From contig CAVYGI010000001.1 of assembly GCA_963767975.1 (NCBI GenBank), forward strand, positions 19,044 through 83,043: DNA of 64,000 nt, read 5' to 3'. This DNA comes from an uncultured Verrucomicrobiae bacterium. GTDB taxonomy: Bacteria; Verrucomicrobiota; Verrucomicrobiia; Chthoniobacterales; Chthoniobacteraceae. The notes beneath the pieces are model-generated. The model was given only the letters and a program-made list of their open reading frames with translations. It did not search any database and was not told the DNA's origin. The translations under genes were made by a program, and so were the position numbers. Positions 1 through 10,220 of the stretch are shown piece by piece. Each line of letters begins with the position of its first letter. Within the stretch, counting starts at the first letter, position 1.

Positions 1-1380
1 AGTTCCGTCGCTTGCACTGATCGTCTCCACTTTCGCGGAGAGAAAATCGCGCTCTTCGTCGATTACGCGCACCTCTGCAGAAACTCCGCCGGTCCATCTG
101 AAGCCACTCCAATTCAACACAAACTCCGAACGCGCATCGCCGAAGTTGCTCACGAGAATCGAGGCCTCGCGCCCGTCCGTGGTTAATCCCGCGGCCACCG
201 CCAATTTCCCCGCGACCGAACCGCCCGCCTCGACGCGCCGTGGTGTGTCGAGCAGGCCACGAAACGCACGCATGGCCTGCCACGCTTTTTGCGGAACGCC
301 TTGATCGGAAAAGAGTCCGAAGCCGCCGACTTCACCGTGGTAGAAATTGCCCACATCGATCGGTGTGTTCTGAAGTTCGATCAGCGAAGTCGCGATGAAC
401 GCGGCCCCCCGCGCTCCGGCCATCTTGTCGTAGGCGCGCGTCCGCGCTTCGGCAGGAGCACCGCGCGAGAGCGGCTTCCAGGAATTTCCGGGGAGAAAAT
501 TCCACTCGTTCAGGTGACTCTCCGTCTCATCGAATCCGCGCGCATCCAGTAGCCGCCGGATCGCTCGTCCGCGCGCGACCAGCTCCGCCGGATCATCGGT
601 GTAACAGTGCCAGGAAAAGAAATTCAGCGGCACATTTTCCTTCCGACACATCGTGAGGAAAGCCGATGCAAAGTCGGTCGGCTGAAATTCACCGTTCACG
701 AAATTGCCGCTCGCGCCGAGTGCCGGGCCACCCACCTTCACTGCGGGAAAGGCTGCTTTGATGGCCTTCGCCGCGGTGCGGTACAGCCGCAGATAATCTT
801 CGTCCGTGCCGCTCCACATCGCCGGCCGATTTTCCGGCTCATTCCAGATTTCCCAATAGCGAATGCCGTAGTGAAAGCCTCCAGCCCAGCCCTCGTTGTA
901 ATGGCGGATGATGCCGAGGCAGATTGCCGCCCATTTTTCCGGGTCCGCAGGAGGATGCGCGAAGCGCCGCACGCTGGTGTGTTCGATGCTTTCGCCGAGC
1001 CGGTAAATCGGCTCCGCTCCGGTGGCTCGGACCGCCGCGATGTATTCGTCGGTGAGGCGGAAATCGTAGCTCGCAGGCAGCGCGGGATCGGCGTCGGGAT
1101 TAGGGAAAACGGCGTGATGATCGACAACGTAGGGATTGGGCCAGCCGCAGTCGTGGAGCCGTGTGAAAGGGATCTTCAATTCCCTCTGCGCCTCGGTGAC
1201 CTCGAACATTCCGCCCGGCGCCAACGGCCCTTTGTTGACGCCATGGAGCGCCCGAATGCGTCCCGCGGGCACAGAAAAGTCCACGCTCAGCACCGCGTTT
1301 TCGCCCCGTGCGAACCGCCCGGGAATCAACATTGAGCAGCCGAGGAAAATCAAGACGGCGGAAGCATGGGTGGGTTTCAT
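1..1380 (-). CDS. Secreted clan GH-A glycoside hydrolase (GH39-like); C-terminus lies beyond the window start
   Basis: Own minus-strand translation from ATG at 1380 (MKPTHASAVLIFLGCSMLIPG...). It stays open to position 1, so it is absent from the ORF track. Contains YWEIWNEPE (clan A acid/base-type motif) and later ESHLNEWNF (candidate nucleophile Glu). Confidence 0.7.
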   Translation of the reverse strand, partial: MKPTHASAVLIFLGCSMLIPGRFARGENAVLSVDFSVPAGRIRALHGVNKGPLAPGGMFEVTEAQRELKIPFTRLHDCGWPNPYVVDHHAVFPNPDADPALPASYDFRLTDEYIAAVRATGAEPIYRLGESIEHTSVRRFAHPPADPEKWAAICLGIIRHYNEGWAGGFHYGIRYWEIWNEPENRPAMWSGTDEDYLRLYRTAAKAIKAAFPAVKVGGPALGASGNFVNGEFQPTDFASAFLTMCRKENVPLNFFSWHCYTDDPAELVARGRAIRRLLDARGFDETESHLNEWNFLPGNSWKPLSRGAPAEARTRAYDKMAGARGAAFIATSLIELQNTPIDVGNFYHGEVGGFGLFSDQGVPQKAWQAMRAFRGLLDTPRRVEAGGSVAGKLAVAAGLTTDGREASILVSNFGDARSEFVLNWSGFRWTGGVSAEVRVIDEERDFLSAKVETISASDGT

Positions 1381-1435
1381 CTTCGAGAATCAAATTTGAG
1401 CTTCGTGCTCTCGCGGCCGCGGACTCGTCGCTCTC

Positions 1436-3045
1436 CTACTTCGATAGACGGACCGGTCCGGTGTTGGGCTGCGGGGCGCCAGGACTGCTGCGTCCATCGG
1501 CGGCATATTTATCCAGCAGCGAACGGAGATGAGCCACGACCTCAGGATGCTCGGCCTGCACGTTGTGCATTTCGCCGATGTCATGAGCCAGGTCGTAGAG
1601 TTGGACGAGTGGCAGACTCGTGGATGCGGGGCTGCCAGGCAGCGGCGCGCTCCAGCCGCCTGAGTCCGGGCAAAGCGCGAGCTTCCAAATCCCCTGCCGG
1701 ATGGCGAAGGAGCCGTTGATGGAATGATGCACGACGGCCTCGCGCAGCGGTGCGGTGGCGCGACTCTCCGAGCGCCGGCAGCAGGCTCACGCTGTCTTCC
1801 GCCGGCAGTAGTCCGGAAGCTTCTCGCCGAGAATGTCCGCGCAGGTGGCGAAAAGGTCGTTGAGGCAAATCAGTTGGTCGCTCGTCGCTGCCGGGCTTCA
1901 CTCGACCCGGCCAGCGCGACGAGGAATGGCACGCGATGTCCGCCGTCGAAAATGTCGGCCTTCGTGCCCGCGAAACTGCGCGACTCGGGTTGTGGCCCTT
2001 CGCCAGCAGCTCGTCGAAGTTCGCCTGCGGTGAGCAGCCGTTGTCGCTCGTGAAAATGATCGAGCGTGTTCGTCGGCAAGGCCGTCTGCTCGAGCGCTGC
2101 CAGCACGGCTGCCGAGCGTCGCGTCGGTCTGCATCACGAAGTCGGCGTACGGATTCAACCCGCTTTTTCCCTGCCCATTCCGGCGTCGGCACGATTGGCG
2201 TGTGCGGCGCATTCAGCGGCAGGTAGAGAAAGAATGGCTTGCCGCTCGCGCGCGGCGGCGCGCGCGTTCGCCGATGATGTCCACCGCCTGTCGCGTGAGC
2301 GCGGGCAGCACATCCACGGCCTCGAAGTCCGCGGCCGCCGGGCCTTTGCGCGTCGCTCCGCCGGTCCGTCCGGCCATCATCGGAAATGCTTTGTCCACCG
2401 TGGGCACGGAGGTCACCCGGTCGTTCTCGATGAATGTATACGGCACCATGTCGAGCGACGCCGCGATGCCGAAGTAGTAGTCAAAGCCCAGCGCTGTTCG
2501 GCCCGTTGCGAGATCGGCTTTTCGAAGTCGCGCGCCAGCCGTCGGCCCCTTTTTCGATATGGTCGTTGAACGGAGGCGCGTCCGGCTTTCATCGGCCAAT
2601 TCATCCCGAGATGCCACTTGCCCGACCGCCGCGGTGTAAGTATCCGTGCCGACGCAAAAATGCTGGAACAGTCAGTCGGCCGGTCTCGATCAGCGGCGGA
2701 CTCATGCCGCCGAGGACGCCGCTCTTCAGCCGGGAACGCCAGTTGTAGCGGCCGGTGAGAATGCCGTAGCGCGTCGGCGAGCAGACCGCGGAGCTCGAGT
2801 GCGCGTCGGTGAAAATCATCCCCTCCACGCGCGAGACGATCGGCGTGCGGAGTCGCGATTTTTCCCTCGGGATTGAGGCACTTCACATCGCCGTAACCGA
2901 GGTCGTCGCAGAGGATGTAGACGATGTTTGGCTTGTCGCCCGCGCGTGCGGAATCGCGGCACGAAAGGAGGCTCAAAACGACGCAAAATGGGAGGAGTTG
3001 TTTCACGTGAAAAAGGAGGCTAAGGCGCCGCGGCACTGGATTCAT
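1436..3045 (-). pseudogene. Sulfatase (formylglycine-dependent), multiply frameshifted
   Basis: Sulfatase segments are spread over several minus frames. KPNIVYILCDDLGYGDV is in ORF 2413-3195. CSPTRYGILTGRY (C-x-P-x-R signature) is in ORF 2601-2828. DYYFGIAASLDMVPY is in ORF 2213-2617. The C-terminal LYDLAHDIGEMHNVQAEHPEVV is in ORF 1436-1732. Start taken at ATG 3045 (MNPVPRRLSLLF, signal-like). Confidence 0.75.
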
Positions 3046-3191
3046 CAGCGCTCGGCTTTGGCGCGCACGGGCGCAGTTGCGTCGTTGGCCCGGGCCCGTT
3101 CCGCGGCGAGCAACGCTTTCTCTGCAGCGCCTGCGCTGGAGAAGGCCAGCGCGAGGAGGCGGAGCAAGCGTTTCATGAAGAGATGCTCCAA

Positions 3192-4652
3192 TCACTGATC
3201 CTGCTGCGTTGTGCCGATACCGAATTGCTTTTCGTAGCGGACCTTGAAGGGATTTACGTCCGGCCCCTGCGCGTCTTCATTGACCAGCGCTGGCTGCACG
3301 TCGTCCCACCATTGGTCGTAGGCCGCACGCAATTCCGCCAACGCATCCGGATGCTCGGCTGCGACATTTTTCGCCTGCCCCGGATCGATCGTGAGGTCGT
3401 AGAGTTCCGCGTTGTTCACGAGCGAAAAGCGAGCATTGCGGATGGAGCAGTGCGCATATTTTGCCTTTGCGACATCTCCCCGCGGCCATCGGCCCACGTG
3501 AGTCACCAGCGTGCGATCTGACCACGCGGCATTCGGCGCAGACTCCGATTGACCCGCAGGTTTCAGAAGCGGCAAAAGACTCCGCCCCTCGACCTGTCCC
3601 CGGACGTTGGGGCTCAAAGCCACTCCGGTGATGTCCGCGAGCGTCGGGAAAATATCGACGTGTGCGGTCAGCGCCGTGATGTCCGTGCCACCTTTCCACC
3701 CCGCTGGCCAACGCCAGAAAGCCGGCACCCGCGTGCCCCCCTCGTACGGCGTCGCCTTCCGCCCGCGCATCCCCGCATTGAAGACTTTCCATCCGGTTGC
3801 CGAGCCATTGTCGGTCATGAAAATGACCAGCGTGTTCTCCGCGATCCCCCACTCGTCGAGCTTCTCGAGCATCCGCCCGAAGTTCTCATCGATGTTCGTG
3901 ATCATTCCGTAGAACTTCGCAACTGCCTCCGGTACTTTCCCGGCATACATCGCCTCATAGCGCGGGGCGATCACGAGAGGTTCATGCGGTGCGTTCGGCG
4001 TGAGGTAGGTGAAAAAGGGCGTCCCCTTGTCCAGCTTCTCATCCATCCATTCGATCGCGCGGGAGAAGAAGATGTCCGTGCAATAACCCTCGGTTTTCTC
4101 AAACACCCCGTTGTGCAGAATCGCCGGATTGAAATAGCGGTTCCCCGGCGCATCGCCGCACGAGCCCGGATAGCTCTGCCCGATCCCGCCTGCGCCGTGG
4201 ATGAAAGTCTCCTCAAAGCCGCGCTTCTCCGGCTGATACGCCGCTTCGTCGCCGAGGTGCCATTTGCCGAAAATCCCCGTTGCGTAGCCGGCCTCTTGCA
4301 ACACCTGCGCGAGGGTCGTCGCCGAGAGCGTCATCCGCTCGCGCTCATTGATCGTGTGCGTCACGCCGTTCTTGAATTCATGCCGCCCGGTCATCAGCGC
4401 GGAGCGCGTCGGCGCGCACGTCGGGCTAACATGAAAATTCGTGAACCGTCGGCTCTCCGCGTGAAAACGATCCAGGTTCGGCGTGCGGATGATCTCGTTG
4501 CCGAGGCAGCCAACATCGCCGTATCCTTGGTCATCCGTCATCACGAGGATGATGTTCGGTCGCCGTGTCTTCGGCTCATCCGCAGCCCTGACTGGGGCTT
4601 CGAAGAAGCCGTGAAAAAGGGTCGCGAGGACAAGGAAAAGAGGGGTCTTCAT
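3192..4652 (-). CDS. Sulfatase (arylsulfatase A family), secreted
   Basis: Intact 486-aa ORF with a signal peptide, RPNIILVMTDDQGYGDVG and the CAPTRSALMTGRH formylglycine signature. Confidence 0.9.
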   Translation of the reverse strand: MKTPLFLVLATLFHGFFEAPVRAADEPKTRRPNIILVMTDDQGYGDVGCLGNEIIRTPNLDRFHAESRRFTNFHVSPTCAPTRSALMTGRHEFKNGVTHTINERERMTLSATTLAQVLQEAGYATGIFGKWHLGDEAAYQPEKRGFEETFIHGAGGIGQSYPGSCGDAPGNRYFNPAILHNGVFEKTEGYCTDIFFSRAIEWMDEKLDKGTPFFTYLTPNAPHEPLVIAPRYEAMYAGKVPEAVAKFYGMITNIDENFGRMLEKLDEWGIAENTLVIFMTDNGSATGWKVFNAGMRGRKATPYEGGTRVPAFWRWPAGWKGGTDITALTAHVDIFPTLADITGVALSPNVRGQVEGRSLLPLLKPAGQSESAPNAAWSDRTLVTHVGRWPRGDVAKAKYAHCSIRNARFSLVNNAELYDLTIDPGQAKNVAAEHPDALAELRAAYDQWWDDVQPALVNEDAQGPDVNPFKVRYEKQFGIGTTQQDQ

Positions 4653-4663
4653 TCGGGGGGAAC

Positions 4664-6085
4664 TTACTTTACGGACGCAGCTTTGGCATTTCGCCGCACC
4701 GTCGTAAAATCAAACTCCAGCGGCAGCGGCTGCTCACTCGTCAAAGCCTGCGTATCTCCCGCGGCACGTTGCTGGGCTTCCAACAACGCGGTCATTCGCC
4801 TCACTTCATCTGCATGTTCATGCTTGTCGGCAAGATCGTGCCTCTCCGCCGGATCGTCGCGCAGATCAAAGAGCTGCATCTTATTGACCTTCGGATAAAC
4901 GATCAGCTTCCAGCGCTCATCCCGCACCGCCCGCTGCACCCCGGTGTAAGCAGTCAGCAACGCCTTCCGAAATCCAGCGGCGCGCCCCTCCAGCACCGGC
5001 ACCAGACTGATCCCCTCATTTCCCTCAGGCGGCTCGATCCTGGCCAGTTCGCCCAGCGTCGGAAAGATATCCAGCAGGTAACACAGCGCATCGGAGCGTT
5101 TCCCCGCCGGAATCCCCGGCCCTGCGAAAATCAGCGGCGCATGCATCGAGTGATCGTAAAGGTTCTGCTTTCCCAACAGCCCGTGACTTCCCAGCGCCAG
5201 CCCGTGATCGCTGCTGAACACCACCAGCGTCCGCTCCGCCTGTCCGCTGGCTTCCAAGGCCGCAAGAATTCGCCCGATCTGCGCATCCATGTGCTCGATC
5301 GAAGCATAGTAGTCCGCCAGATGCTGGCGCACCGCCTCCGGGGTCCGAGGCCACGGCGCCAGTTCCTCGTCTCGGATCACCAGTGCCCCGTTGTTAAAAG
5401 GATGCTGCGGCAGGAAGTTCACAGGCAGCGGCGGCAGAGTGGCGTTGTATTTCTCGTGAAACGAAGCCGGCGCCACCCGCGGATCGTGCGGCGCGTTGAA
5501 TGCCACATAACAGAGGAAAGGGCGCTCCCCCTTCTGCCCTCGCAAAAATTCCACCGCAGCATCCGCAAAGACCTGCACCGAATGCGCTCCACTCGTTCGC
5601 GGATTCTCAAAGGTGTGCGTCGCCGAGATATCCTGCAGCGCCAGCCAGGACGGGTTTCCCATTCCTCCGAGGAAAACGGCCTTTCCCGCCGCGAACGCAC
5701 GCAGCGCGGATGCTCCGCCGTTGTGCCATTTCCCGGTCAGAAATGTGGCGTAACCTGCCCGCGCAAAGCACTCTGGCCACATCTCCTGCCCTCCCATGTT
5801 CTCCTTCACGCGGAACAGAGTCCGCCCCGTCATCAACATCGCTCGCGACGGGACGCACACCGCCCCCTGCTGAGCTCCCATGCAATACGCCTGCGTCAAC
5901 GTCGTTCCGCGCCGCACCAAGCTGTCTAGATACGGCGTAGAAATGTGGTCATTTCCCAGCGCCGCGATGGTATCCGCGCGCTGATCGTCACTGAATAGAA
6001 ATAAGATGTTCGGCGGTCTCTCCTTCGCCCCGGCAACCGCTCCGCACAACAACAACCACATGAACAGGGGCAGGAAGCACAACAT
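4664..6085 (-). CDS. Sulfatase, secreted
   Basis: ORF 4664-6181 contains PPNILFLFSDDQRAD and CVPSRAMLMTGR. Start preferred at ATG 6085 (MLCFLPLFMWLLLCGAVAG, signal peptide), because the longer start overlaps the upstream lipoprotein gene. Confidence 0.85.
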   Translation of the reverse strand: MLCFLPLFMWLLLCGAVAGAKERPPNILFLFSDDQRADTIAALGNDHISTPYLDSLVRRGTTLTQAYCMGAQQGAVCVPSRAMLMTGRTLFRVKENMGGQEMWPECFARAGYATFLTGKWHNGGASALRAFAAGKAVFLGGMGNPSWLALQDISATHTFENPRTSGAHSVQVFADAAVEFLRGQKGERPFLCYVAFNAPHDPRVAPASFHEKYNATLPPLPVNFLPQHPFNNGALVIRDEELAPWPRTPEAVRQHLADYYASIEHMDAQIGRILAALEASGQAERTLVVFSSDHGLALGSHGLLGKQNLYDHSMHAPLIFAGPGIPAGKRSDALCYLLDIFPTLGELARIEPPEGNEGISLVPVLEGRAAGFRKALLTAYTGVQRAVRDERWKLIVYPKVNKMQLFDLRDDPAERHDLADKHEHADEVRRMTALLEAQQRAAGDTQALTSEQPLPLEFDFTTVRRNAKAASVK

Positions 6086-6177
6086 ACAGCACTCCAATCC
6101 CGGATTCACAGACTTCCTAGCGTCTAAAATCTTCGAACCGCGCGTCAGCGCTCGCGGCCCGAACTTCGCCGCATTCG

Positions 6178-6486
6178 TCAATAATGCCGGATTACCCGCC
6201 GACCATGCCGGAATCCCGGCGGCGTCACGTAAATCGAACGGGTTGGCAGCGAGGAGACATAGACCGGACGCCGGTTCGAGTAATAAACGTAGCGTCCATT
6301 GGACTGATAGTATCGCCGCCCACTGTAGGAGTAATATGGCGTGTACTCGTTGTAATCGCCGTAGTAATAGGGCGAACCCACCGAAACCCCCACCCTTCGG
6401 CCCACATAAGGCTCATCATACACCACGCAGCCGGTCAAAAGAGTCGAAGCACACAGGACGACTGGGAGGAGATAGTTGATTTTCAT
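6178..6486 (-). CDS. Small Tyr-rich lipoprotein, unknown function
   Basis: Internal ATG at 6486 gives MKINYLLPVVLCASTLLTGC (lipobox LTGC). This is followed by a Tyr/Arg-rich low-complexity region (YYYGDYNEYTPYYSYSGRRYY). Confidence 0.55.
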   Translation of the reverse strand: MKINYLLPVVLCASTLLTGCVVYDEPYVGRRVGVSVGSPYYYGDYNEYTPYYSYSGRRYYQSNGRYVYYSNRRPVYVSSLPTRSIYVTPPGFRHGRRVIRHY

Positions 6487-6576
6487 AACAGGAGAGTGCC
6501 TCAGAATCGTCACTCGTCTTCGGTCCGGACTTGCCCGCCGCTTCGTTCGATGGGCACATCTTCGAAGTCGCAAGGT

Positions 6577-7197
6577 CTACAACTCGGCAACTTTGATGTT
6601 CCGATACTCGCACTTCATAGCCACGCCAGGGTGGATTTGGAAGCCGAGCGGCCCAGCGCCGGAGAATTTTGCATCCGTATATTCGGAAGCTTTTTGGCCA
6701 TTGATCCAGCAGGTGAAAGTATCACCTTTGGCTTCGATGCGGAAGGTATTCCACTCCCCTTCCGGTTTCATCAATCGCTGAGCTTCCTTGGCCTGTCCCG
6801 CCTCCGGGTAGCCGGGCTTGCCGCCCGTATAGAACGATCCGGACATATCGACTTTTAGACTGCCGGAGATGCCGAGTTGAAGTTGTAGATGAGGCTTCCG
6901 CATCTCCAGCCCGGTGTCTACCCCGCGTGGAGTGACGCCTTTCCAGCGCACGTCAAACTCAATGACAAAATCGCGGTAGTCCTTTTCTGTCCAAAGATAG
7001 TGCCCCTTCAGGCTGGAATCGTTCTCGCCGACCAGCACGCCATCTTCCACGCGCCAGAAGTTCTGCGCGCCTTCAGTCTTGAAATTTGCGAGATCCTTTC
7101 CGTTGAACAGCGGCTTGAGCGCGAGGTCTTCGGCTGGGCAAGCCCCTAGCGTAGAGAAAGAAATGATCAACGTGAGGACAATGGAGCGGAGATTCAT
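6577..7197 (-). CDS. DUF1080 (3-keto-disaccharide hydrolase-like) domain protein, secreted
   Basis: 206-aa ORF with a signal peptide. It has LFNGKDLANFK...NFWRVEDGVLVG...GPLGFQIH...EYRNIKV, the typical DUF1080 start and end pattern. Confidence 0.8.
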   Translation of the reverse strand: MNLRSIVLTLIISFSTLGACPAEDLALKPLFNGKDLANFKTEGAQNFWRVEDGVLVGENDSSLKGHYLWTEKDYRDFVIEFDVRWKGVTPRGVDTGLEMRKPHLQLQLGISGSLKVDMSGSFYTGGKPGYPEAGQAKEAQRLMKPEGEWNTFRIEAKGDTFTCWINGQKASEYTDAKFSGAGPLGFQIHPGVAMKCEYRNIKVAEL

Positions 7198-7267
7198 GGC
7201 GAGGAGGATTTAGGGGTTATAGTTTGAGCGTGCGAAGAGTGCGTAGTGGGAGTAGGAAGCTTCCGAC

Positions 7268-8344
7268 CTACTCGGCGCGATAACCGCGCCAGAGCCACAC
7301 CAGCGTGTCGGCCAGCGTGTGGTTGAATACTTTGCCGTCGCAGTGGCCAGTGGCTTTGCTGAAGACAAAGCGATGGTGGTAGCCTTTGGCGGTGAGGGCG
7401 GCTGAGGTTCGCCGTCCGGCCATGACCCAATTGTGGTAGGTCTCCTCCGAGTCTTTATTGCGCAGGTCATTCTCAGACACGTGGGTGAAGATCCGCAGAG
7501 GCTTCAGTTCGCTCTTTTCGATCAGCTTCATGCCGGAATGGAACTCCCAGGCGCCGAGGGGATACTTTGCCTCTTCCGGCGCGTCGTCGTCCTGCTGATC
7601 TACAAACGTGCCGGAGTAGGCGATGATGCGGCGGAACAAGTCAGGTCGCGACCAACCCATGATCAGCGCCGCAGCGCCGCCGGAGCTGCAGCCCATCACT
7701 GCATGGCCCCACGGATCTTTGGTGAAGGTCAGCTTGGGATAGGCGGCTTGCAGTTCGGCATTGGCCAGCACGGCGGGTAGTACTTCGTCGTGGATGAACC
7801 GCGCCAAGCGGTCGGACATGGTGTCGTACTCCAGACCACGTTGACTGTTCTTCCCATCGTTGCCGCCATTCTCGACTGCAATTGCAACGAAAGCAGGCAG
7901 CTTCCGCATCGGGTCTTTGGAAACAGTGAGGTTATCCAGCGCATGGCGGACCTTGTCCAAAGGCCCGGGTCCATCGTGAATGATGAGGAAGGGTGCTGGA
8001 GTGCCATCCTTGTAGGAGGCAGGGACGTAGACAAAGACTTTGCGCTCGGTGCGCACGGGCTTCTTGTCGGGTTCGAGCGTCGTATCATCACCGCGGAAGA
8101 TTTTGCTGTCCGCCAGCTTCATCGTAAACTGGAAGGACTTGCCCTTTGGATTACCGAGGTCGGTCAAATCCTTGTCGGTGGTGTATTCCGGCCCAACCGT
8201 GAATTCGCCGTCACCGTCCGAGGCCGGGTTGTCGGTTGAATTGTCAGCCGCATCGGATGGAAGCGCAGTGAGGCTGAGCCACGTGCCAAGCAGCAGTAGA
8301 AGGCGGAGGGAGCATCGCATGGGAGTCATATGCGAAAATTCCAC
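7268..8344 (-). CDS. Secreted esterase (alpha/beta hydrolase, esterase D/enterochelin-esterase-like)
   Basis: 358-aa ORF with a signal peptide and the G-x-S-x-G nucleophile elbow in VMGCSSGGAAALIMGW. An alternative start is ATG 8329. Confidence 0.7.
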   Translation of the reverse strand: MEFSHMTPMRCSLRLLLLLGTWLSLTALPSDAADNSTDNPASDGDGEFTVGPEYTTDKDLTDLGNPKGKSFQFTMKLADSKIFRGDDTTLEPDKKPVRTERKVFVYVPASYKDGTPAPFLIIHDGPGPLDKVRHALDNLTVSKDPMRKLPAFVAIAVENGGNDGKNSQRGLEYDTMSDRLARFIHDEVLPAVLANAELQAAYPKLTFTKDPWGHAVMGCSSGGAAALIMGWSRPDLFRRIIAYSGTFVDQQDDDAPEEAKYPLGAWEFHSGMKLIEKSELKPLRIFTHVSENDLRNKDSEETYHNWVMAGRRTSAALTAKGYHHRFVFSKATGHCDGKVFNHTLADTLVWLWRGYRAE

Positions 8345-8470
8345 GCGAGGAGCAATCCTGCGGTGAGGAGTATTTTCGGCCGCCTATTCCTCAAATAACT
8401 CCCGCCTCGTTTGCGGCCAGAACATGATTGGAAATGTCATGAATGCGGCGAGCGTTGTCACCCAAGCGAA

Positions 8471-9181
8471 ATGACTCGATTCTCTCCACCTGTCGGAAAT
8501 CCTCGAATCAAAGTAGCGGCTAGTTTCGAAGAGCTGCTAGCGACCTCTTTTTCCAACGGCATCAATGCGCTTTGCTGGCCGCGGAATCTGCCGGGCGACT
8601 TTGCGGAGGTGGCCACATTGCTGCGCGATGGTGAAGGAGTTGTCGCGGTCGATGAGGCTAGGCTTCGAGGCTTGCCGGCGAGCACATCGGGATGCGTAGC
8701 CATCGATTGCTTGTTGAACGACCTGCGCCTGCTCCGCGACCACGGTCGCGAACCTGTGCTGAACTGCATTTACAGTTATCCACGGGATGAAGAGCCGGGA
8801 CCTGTATCGACCGACGTCTTCTCCTTTCACGCCGACAGCGCGCCGGTCGAAACTGACACCTGGCTTTGCACGTATTTCGGCCCACCGAGCGAGGGTTTGC
8901 GAAATGAAGAGGCGCAGCGGCGGATCGAAGTCCCAGAGACGCGTGCAGAACTGCTCCGATTGTTCGGAGGTCGAGACGACGACGACTTCCGCTCGCACCT
9001 TGCGGAACATTGCTACGACTTGCACTACGCGGCCTCTCCGGGCGCTCAGCCTTTTTCTTTCGGCATCGGAAACCTCTGGCGCATCGCCGTGGACTGGCCC
9101 GGAAGCCTTGTCCCACCGTGCCTCCACCGCGCTCCAGAGAGCCTGCCTGGTCATCCGCCGCGCTTGTTGTTGATTAGCTGA
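8471..9181 (+). CDS. Hypothetical protein (possibly DUF1826 family)
   Basis: ORF 8411-9181 in the track starts at TTG. The first ATG is at 8471 (MTRFSPPVGN). The family call is from memory of the overall pattern only, with no catalytic motif recognised. Confidence 0.4.
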   Translation: MTRFSPPVGNPRIKVAASFEELLATSFSNGINALCWPRNLPGDFAEVATLLRDGEGVVAVDEARLRGLPASTSGCVAIDCLLNDLRLLRDHGREPVLNCIYSYPRDEEPGPVSTDVFSFHADSAPVETDTWLCTYFGPPSEGLRNEEAQRRIEVPETRAELLRLFGGRDDDDFRSHLAEHCYDLHYAASPGAQPFSFGIGNLWRIAVDWPGSLVPPCLHRAPESLPGHPPRLLLIS

Positions 9182-9309
9182 CCTCGCTGGCTGGAAATGC
9201 GTTGAGGCAACTTGGGGGACATTCGCGACCACCTCGCAATGCGTCGGCGCCCCTCGAGGGAAATGAATCGGGCAACCCCCGCATCGCAGGCAGCGACCCG
9301 GCAGCCCCG

Positions 9310-10056
9310 CTATTTCGCGGGCTGAAGGTGGCGCTCCAGCGCTGCGCCGATCTCCGTTTTGAACTGCGGTTTCAGAACGCAGCTCAGGTGGTCGGCGTCG
9401 GTAATGAGATTGACGCGCAAATCGGGGCGCAGCTTGAGCAGCGGCTCCACGCCGAGTTGGCGAGCCGGGTCGCGGTCGCCGACAATGATTTCGATCGGGA
9501 CGCGCAATTCTTTCATCGTCTCTGAGGGCACCGCGAATTCCGCAAAGCCGGCGAGCAGCGGGCTGAAGGTTTTAGCCCTCCGGTCACCGCCCGCGAGGCG
9601 CTGGAAAACCGCGCCGTCCTCAAACCAGCCCGCGCCGCCGAGCGTCGCCGAGCGGACGCGCTCCGGATGCAACGACGCGAATTTCAGCGAGATCATCGCG
9701 CCCATCGAGTAGCCGATGAGATGCGCGGATTTGAGATCGAGGTGATCCATCAGCCGCCCAACGTCCTCGACCATTTTGATCCCGTAAGCCTGCTCGCCGG
9801 ACGGTTTGTCGGACAGCCCGTGTCCGCGGCAATCGATGACGATCACCCGCGCCCGCTCGGCCAGTGCGGCGGGGATTCCGGCAAGCCCCCAATTCAAGAG
9901 ACCGTTTGCGAACAAGCCATGAATGAGGATCACCGGCTCGCCGCGCCCCTGCACCGTGTAGTGGATCTTCACGCCGTCCGAGTCGAAGTCATCCGCGCGC
10001 GCGCCGGCATGTGTGAGGCAAAGGAGGGCGGACGTGAGGAAAAGTAGCAAGCGCAT
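9310..10056 (-). CDS. Secreted alpha/beta-fold hydrolase
   Basis: 248-aa ORF with a signal peptide, VILIHGLFANG (oxyanion region) and GYSMGAMI (G-x-S-x-G). Confidence 0.8.
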   Translation of the reverse strand: MRLLLFLTSALLCLTHAGARADDFDSDGVKIHYTVQGRGEPVILIHGLFANGLLNWGLAGIPAALAERARVIVIDCRGHGLSDKPSGEQAYGIKMVEDVGRLMDHLDLKSAHLIGYSMGAMISLKFASLHPERVRSATLGGAGWFEDGAVFQRLAGGDRRAKTFSPLLAGFAEFAVPSETMKELRVPIEIIVGDRDPARQLGVEPLLKLRPDLRVNLITDADHLSCVLKPQFKTEIGAALERHLQPAK

Positions 10057-10220
10057 GAATTGAAAAGGTTGGAGGTAGCCAGGATTTCAAAATGCCATCG
10101 ATTCGCCAATCGGCGACCCGTGAAAGTGATGCCAGCATCAAGCGCACACGCGGATGGGCAGGCCCAGCATCGTCTTGTGCTCTCTGAAATTCCTGAGACA
10201 AAAGCACTCCCTTTCATTCC

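Noticed and set aside
607-1335. Long Arg/Pro/Gly-rich ORFs antisense to or out of frame with recognisable genes. Examples are 607-1335, 3549-4898, 9969-10748, 31186-32625, 36549-38102, 55101-57464, 61791-62894 and 63245-63997.
   Set aside because: These are typical shadow ORFs of high-GC DNA. They have low-complexity composition and no motifs, and each overlaps a gene with clear family signatures on the other strand or frame.
3050-3176. A 42-codon minus-strand ORF (MKRLLRLLALAFSSAGAAEKALLAAERARANDATAPVRAKAER) between two sulfatase genes
   Set aside because: It has a signal-like N-terminus but is very short, Ala-rich and without recognisable features. It cannot be distinguished from chance in GC-rich DNA.
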